From an uncultured Actinomycetes bacterium (GTDB lineage: Bacteria; Actinomycetota; Acidimicrobiia; IMCC26256; PALSA-610), in assembly GCA_963716525.1 (NCBI GenBank), contig OY970315.1, positions 4,395,034-4,459,033 of the forward strand: a DNA stretch of 64,000 bases, in the 5' to 3' direction. Below the pieces are notes generated by a model that was not told the DNA's origin, ran no database searches, and saw only the letters and a list, made by a program, of their open reading frames with translations. This document shows, in pieces, positions 62,109 through 64,000 of this stretch; within the stretch, counting starts at the first letter, position 1, and each line of letters begins with the position of its first letter. The translations under genes were made by a program, and so were the position numbers.

Positions 62109-63332
62109 ATGGTTGGGAGTGGGATCGACCTGATCGCCGAGGGCGTCGAGATGCTGGCGGGGGAGCCGGTGGAGGGCCGCTGGCTGGGCGACGAGCTGGT
62201 CGGCTTGTTCGGGCTCGTCGACCGGCTCCGGGCCCAGTGCTCGCGCCGCCTCGGCGAGTTCGACGGTCGCGGCGACGCGCACGGTGACGGGCATCGCGCC
62301 ACGGTCGGTTGGCTGGCGGATCGTTGCCGCATGGATCCTGCCGACGCATCACGCGCCGTGCAGACCGCCCGGGCGTTGCGCGGGCTGGGATCGATCAAGC
62401 TGGCGTGAGAGGACGGCGCCACCACCAGCGGCCATGTCCATGCTCTCGCGAGGGTGCGACAGCGTGCCAAAGCCGACCGGCAGTTCGACAATCTCGAAGC
62501 GGTCTGGCGCGAGCTGTGCACCGGCCACGACACCCGCACGCTCGCCCGAGCGCTGGCCGGGTTCGTGGACCGCCTCGACAACACCCGCCCCGCCGAAGAC
62601 TCGTCCGCGGCCGACGCGATCGATCGGCGCATGCTCACCGGCTCGCACTGCCTGGCTGTCGGGCTGCTCGAGGGCCGGTTCGACACCGAGAGCTACGAGA
62701 CGATCTGGAACGCCATCGATCTCGAACGCGACCGCGCCCACACCGACGGCGACGCGCGCACCATCGACCAAGAACGCGCCGACGCGCTCGTGGCGATCTG
62801 CCGCCACTACACCCACTGCACCGCCAGCCCCCGCTCACCCACACCGCCCGTGGTGAACGTCCTCACCGACCTGGCCACCCTCACCGCACTCGACGCCGCC
62901 CTCAGCGAAAGCGACCGCGGCCTGGCCTGGAACCGCGACGCCATCCGACGCCTGTGCTGCCACGCCGAGATCGGCCGCATCCTCGCCGGCGAGACCGACG
63001 AGATCCTCAACCTCGGCCGCACCCGACGCCTGTTCAACCGGGCGCAACGCCGCGCCATGCTCGACCGCGACCGCGGCTGCTGCTACCCCGGCTGCCCCCG
63101 CAACGCCCGCCAATGCGAACCCCACCACATCAACCCCTGGCAACACGGCGGGCTCACCGACCTCGACAACGCCTGCCTGCTCTGCTGGGCCCACCACCGC
63201 CTCGTCCACGAACAACGCTGGACCATCCACCGACACGCCGACGGCAGCATCGACTGGCACCAACCCGACGGCACCCACCACACCACCTGGCACCCACCCG
63301 GACGACCACCACCCATCACGCTCCAACGATGA
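62109..63332 (+). pseudogene. DUF222 + HNH endonuclease (mycobacterial 13E12-repeat-type protein) interrupted by an in-frame TGA
   Basis: Track ORFs 62073..62408 and 62454..63332 are in the same frame and are separated only by TGA 62406-62408 (..GSIKLA*EDGATTSGHVHAL..). The HNH core is CCYPGCPRNARQCEPHHINPWQHGGLTDLDNACLLCWAHHRLVH. Confidence 0.8.
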
Positions 63333-63377
63333 CGAGGTGCTCAAGTCGCACCGCCACACGCCGACAACCTGAGCCGC

Positions 63378-63569
63378 ATGGACTTCTTCGTGCTCTCCAC
63401 GTGGCTCCGGGCGCGACGCCGCACAAACGAGCGCGGCGCGAACCTCGTCGAGTACCTGCTGTTGCTGGCCTTCATCGCGATCATCGTGATCGTTGCGGTG
63501 CGGACGCTCGGCGGCACGGTGTCGACGCATTTCTCGTCGGCGAACAACTCGGTCAAGACGATCGGCTGA
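63378..63569 (+). CDS. Flp family type IVb pilin
   Basis: The 63-aa sequence contains ..NERGANLVEYLLLLAFIAIIVIVAV.., which matches the Flp prepilin G/xxxxEY processing motif followed by a hydrophobic helix. Confidence 0.8.
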   Translation: MDFFVLSTWLRARRRTNERGANLVEYLLLLAFIAIIVIVAVRTLGGTVSTHFSSANNSVKTIG

Positions 63570-63600
63570 CCCAGTCGTCCGGCGCCAGACGTTCGTCGGA

Positions 63601-64000
63601 TCAGAGCACGGGGACCTCGTGGCGGACCCGGCGCACCGCGCGGCGGCCGGTGTCGCGGGCCCGGTCGACCACCGCGACGGCACCGCCCACGAGCACGTTG
63701 GCCGGCGGCTCGTCGGGTGTGTACGGATGCGGCCGGCTGGGCGCGGCGCGCTTCGCCGCCTCGAGCGCATCGCCGAGCTCGAGCAGGCGGGCCCGCGTGA
63801 GCCGGCGCCGCACCTCAGGGAAGAGCTCGCGCTCCTCCTCACGCACGTGATGCCGCACGTTCTCCATCATCACGGTCATCTTGGCCGTGAACCGTTCGTC
63901 GGCCGGGTCCATGGCCTCGCATTCCCGCAACAGGAGCTTCACCACATGATGCTCTTCCAGCGACTCGAGCACCGTCGACTCAGTGCCGCGCACCTGTTCG
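63601..64000 (-). CDS. hemerythrin HHE cation-binding domain protein, 3' part (5' end beyond the window)
   Basis: Track ORF 63601..63993 continues open to the window edge: ..LEEHHVVKLLL.. ..ENVRHHVREEERELFPEV... Confidence 0.7.
   Translation of the reverse strand, partial: EQVRGTESTVLESLEEHHVVKLLLRECEAMDPADERFTAKMTVMMENVRHHVREEERELFPEVRRRLTRARLLELGDALEAAKRAAPSRPHPYTPDEPPANVLVGGAVAVVDRARDTGRRAVRRVRHEVPVL

Noticed and set aside
62406-62408. In-frame TGA in the HNH gene, considered as selenocysteine or another recoding event.
   Set aside because: The position aligns with an ordinary helix of DUF222, probably a Trp. No SECIS-like hairpin lies immediately downstream, and no redox motif is present. 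A nonsense mutation is the simpler explanation.
62309-63850. 513-aa Pro/Arg/His-rich track ORF on the plus strand.
   Set aside because: It is out of frame with the clear DUF222-HNH reading frame and runs through the Flp gene and the hemerythrin antisense. It is a compositional artefact of the C-rich strand.
1-64000. Search for tRNA, rRNA, tmRNA, riboswitch or IS/transposase/integrase signatures in the larger gaps (26.1-26.6, 29.7-30.05, 46.7-47.0, 56.1-56.4, 57.7-58.0 kb).
   Set aside because: I could recognise no cloverleaf-like or conserved riboswitch core sequences and no transposase- or integrase-like ORFs by eye. This is a weak negative that needs tRNAscan-SE, Infernal and ISfinder to confirm.

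Overview
This is a high-GC (roughly 70 %) actinobacterial-type chromosomal segment that is densely coding, with about 60 genes. I saw no rRNA, tRNA or CRISPR array. Every call below rests on reading the ORF track and the sequence by eye and on motif memory; no search was run. **1-17 kb:** lipid or fatty-acid type catabolic genes (four crotonases, an ACAD, a MaoC-like dehydratase, an SDR, two P450s, an amidohydrolase, a VOC protein), mixed with Gfo/Idh/MocA plus TIM-barrel isomerase genes and a fused membrane spermidine-synthase-like protein. **17-34 kb:** a membrane-anchored coiled-coil/GH43-like pair, a Liv-type ABC importer, a NYN-LOTUS protein, cspA, YihY, CapA, uppP, an OmpR-type two-component pair and a secreted phosphoesterase. 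**34-47 kb:** a DevR/DosR-like stress island. It contains a translationally coupled usp-arcA-arcC-devR-pat-aph operon, two PPOX-type proteins, another USP, a CoA-transferase and Hsp20. **47-64 kb:** MacB-type and ABC-2 exporters, an M50/CBS protease, a DevS-like PAS-PAS-GAF kinase, an ApbE/ferric-reductase-like/NuoF-like/ferredoxin operon, a DUF222-HNH gene, an Flp pilin and a hemerythrin. **Main hunt results:** (1) A MIRU-like tandem-repeat family has one copy set exactly filling an intercistronic gap and another inserted in frame, in antisense orientation, inside an ACAD gene. A separate 26-bp x6 array is bounded by a stop and a start codon. (2) An 11-bp-phased TTTTGCC direct-repeat motif occurs at only four sites, all intergenic, one of them in the promoter region of the OmpR-type regulator. 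(3) The arginine deiminase genes are embedded in a DevR operon behind a GGGACT/AGTCCC palindrome. (4) At least nine single frame breaks fall in eight otherwise intact genes, alongside a truncated gene remnant and an in-frame stop. This means either real gene decay or systematic indel errors. (5) There is a candidate trans-membrane electron-transfer operon.
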